From positions 8,768,001 through 8,832,000 of the forward strand of contig CP086569.2 of assembly GCA_009914755.4 (NCBI GenBank): a DNA stretch of 64,000 nucleotides. Reading direction: 5' to 3'. Below are positions 63,611-64,000 of the stretch, one piece after another. A model generated the notes under the pieces. The model was not told the origin of the DNA. It searched no databases and saw only the letters and a program-made list of their open reading frames with translations. How positions within the stretch are numbered: the first letter of the stretch is position 1; every line of letters starts with the position of its first letter. Source of the stretch: the human T2T-CHM13v2.0 reference genome, Homo sapiens. The position numbers were made by a program, and so were the translations under genes.

Positions 63611-64000
63611 ATTTTTTTATTTTATTATTATTATACTTTAAATTTTAGGGTATATGTGCCCAATGTGCAGGTTATTTACATATGTGTACATGTGCCATGC
63701 TGGTGTGCTGCACCCATTAACTCGTCATTTTGCATTACGTATATCTCCTAAAGCTATCCCTCCCCCCTCCCCCACCTCACAACAGTACCCAGAGTGTGAT
63801 GTTCGCCTTCCTGTGTCCATGTGTTCTCATTGTTCAGTTCCCACCTATGAGTGAGAACATGTGGTGTTTGGTTTTTTGTTCTTGTGACAGTTTACTGAGA
63901 ATGATGATTTCCAATTTTATCCATGTCCCTACAAAGGACATGTGCTCATCATTTTTTATGGCTGCATAGTATTCCATGGTGTATATATGCCACATTTTCT
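63611..64000 (-). mobile_element. Young L1PA 3' end (antisense), runs past the window edge; arm B only
   Basis: tttaaattttagggtatatgtgcccaatgtgcaggtt...ttcccacctatgagtgagaacatgtggtgtttgg matches the L1PA 3' UTR antisense. Confidence 0.9.

Overview
This window is primate (human-like) nuclear DNA, not prokaryotic sequence. I found no cellular protein-coding exon, rRNA, tRNA or CRISPR array. Nearly every six-frame ORF in the track is repeat-derived: Alu, L1 ORF2, retroviral gag/pro/pol/env, or microsatellite.

The main structure is a large, old inverted duplication (palindrome-like). Arm A runs from about 6420 to 25440. Arm B runs from about 40008 to at least 63600 and is its reverse complement. 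The arms are roughly 85-87% identical by eye and lie around a spacer of about 14.5 kb.

Both arms carry the same old insertions in mirrored order:
- an L1 5'-region fragment;
- an ERVL provirus with MLT2-type LTRs;
- an old Alu;
- an L1 3' fragment.

Several elements are in one arm only:
- a betaretrovirus-like HERV-K(HML) provirus of about 8.66 kb with a 6-bp TSD, in arm B (its empty site is intact in arm A);
- an AluY with a 16-bp TSD inside the arm A ERVL;
- LTR12 and THE1 elements at the inner end of arm A;
- a head-to-head young Alu pair flanked by microsatellites in arm B;
- a 1.9-kb deletion in arm B that removes the ERVL 5' LTR, its primer binding site and 5' gag.

The spacer contains a young L1 insertion with a classic twin-priming 5' inversion, many Alus, and a pure (GGAAA)n tract of about 190 bp. 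Left of arm A lies an intronless, degenerate CDY/CDYL-family retro-pseudogene covering both the chromodomain and the enoyl-CoA-hydratase-like domain.

All family calls come from my memory of consensus sequences and conserved protein motifs, and all alignments were done by eye. Identities and boundaries are approximate, typically within 5-20 bp.
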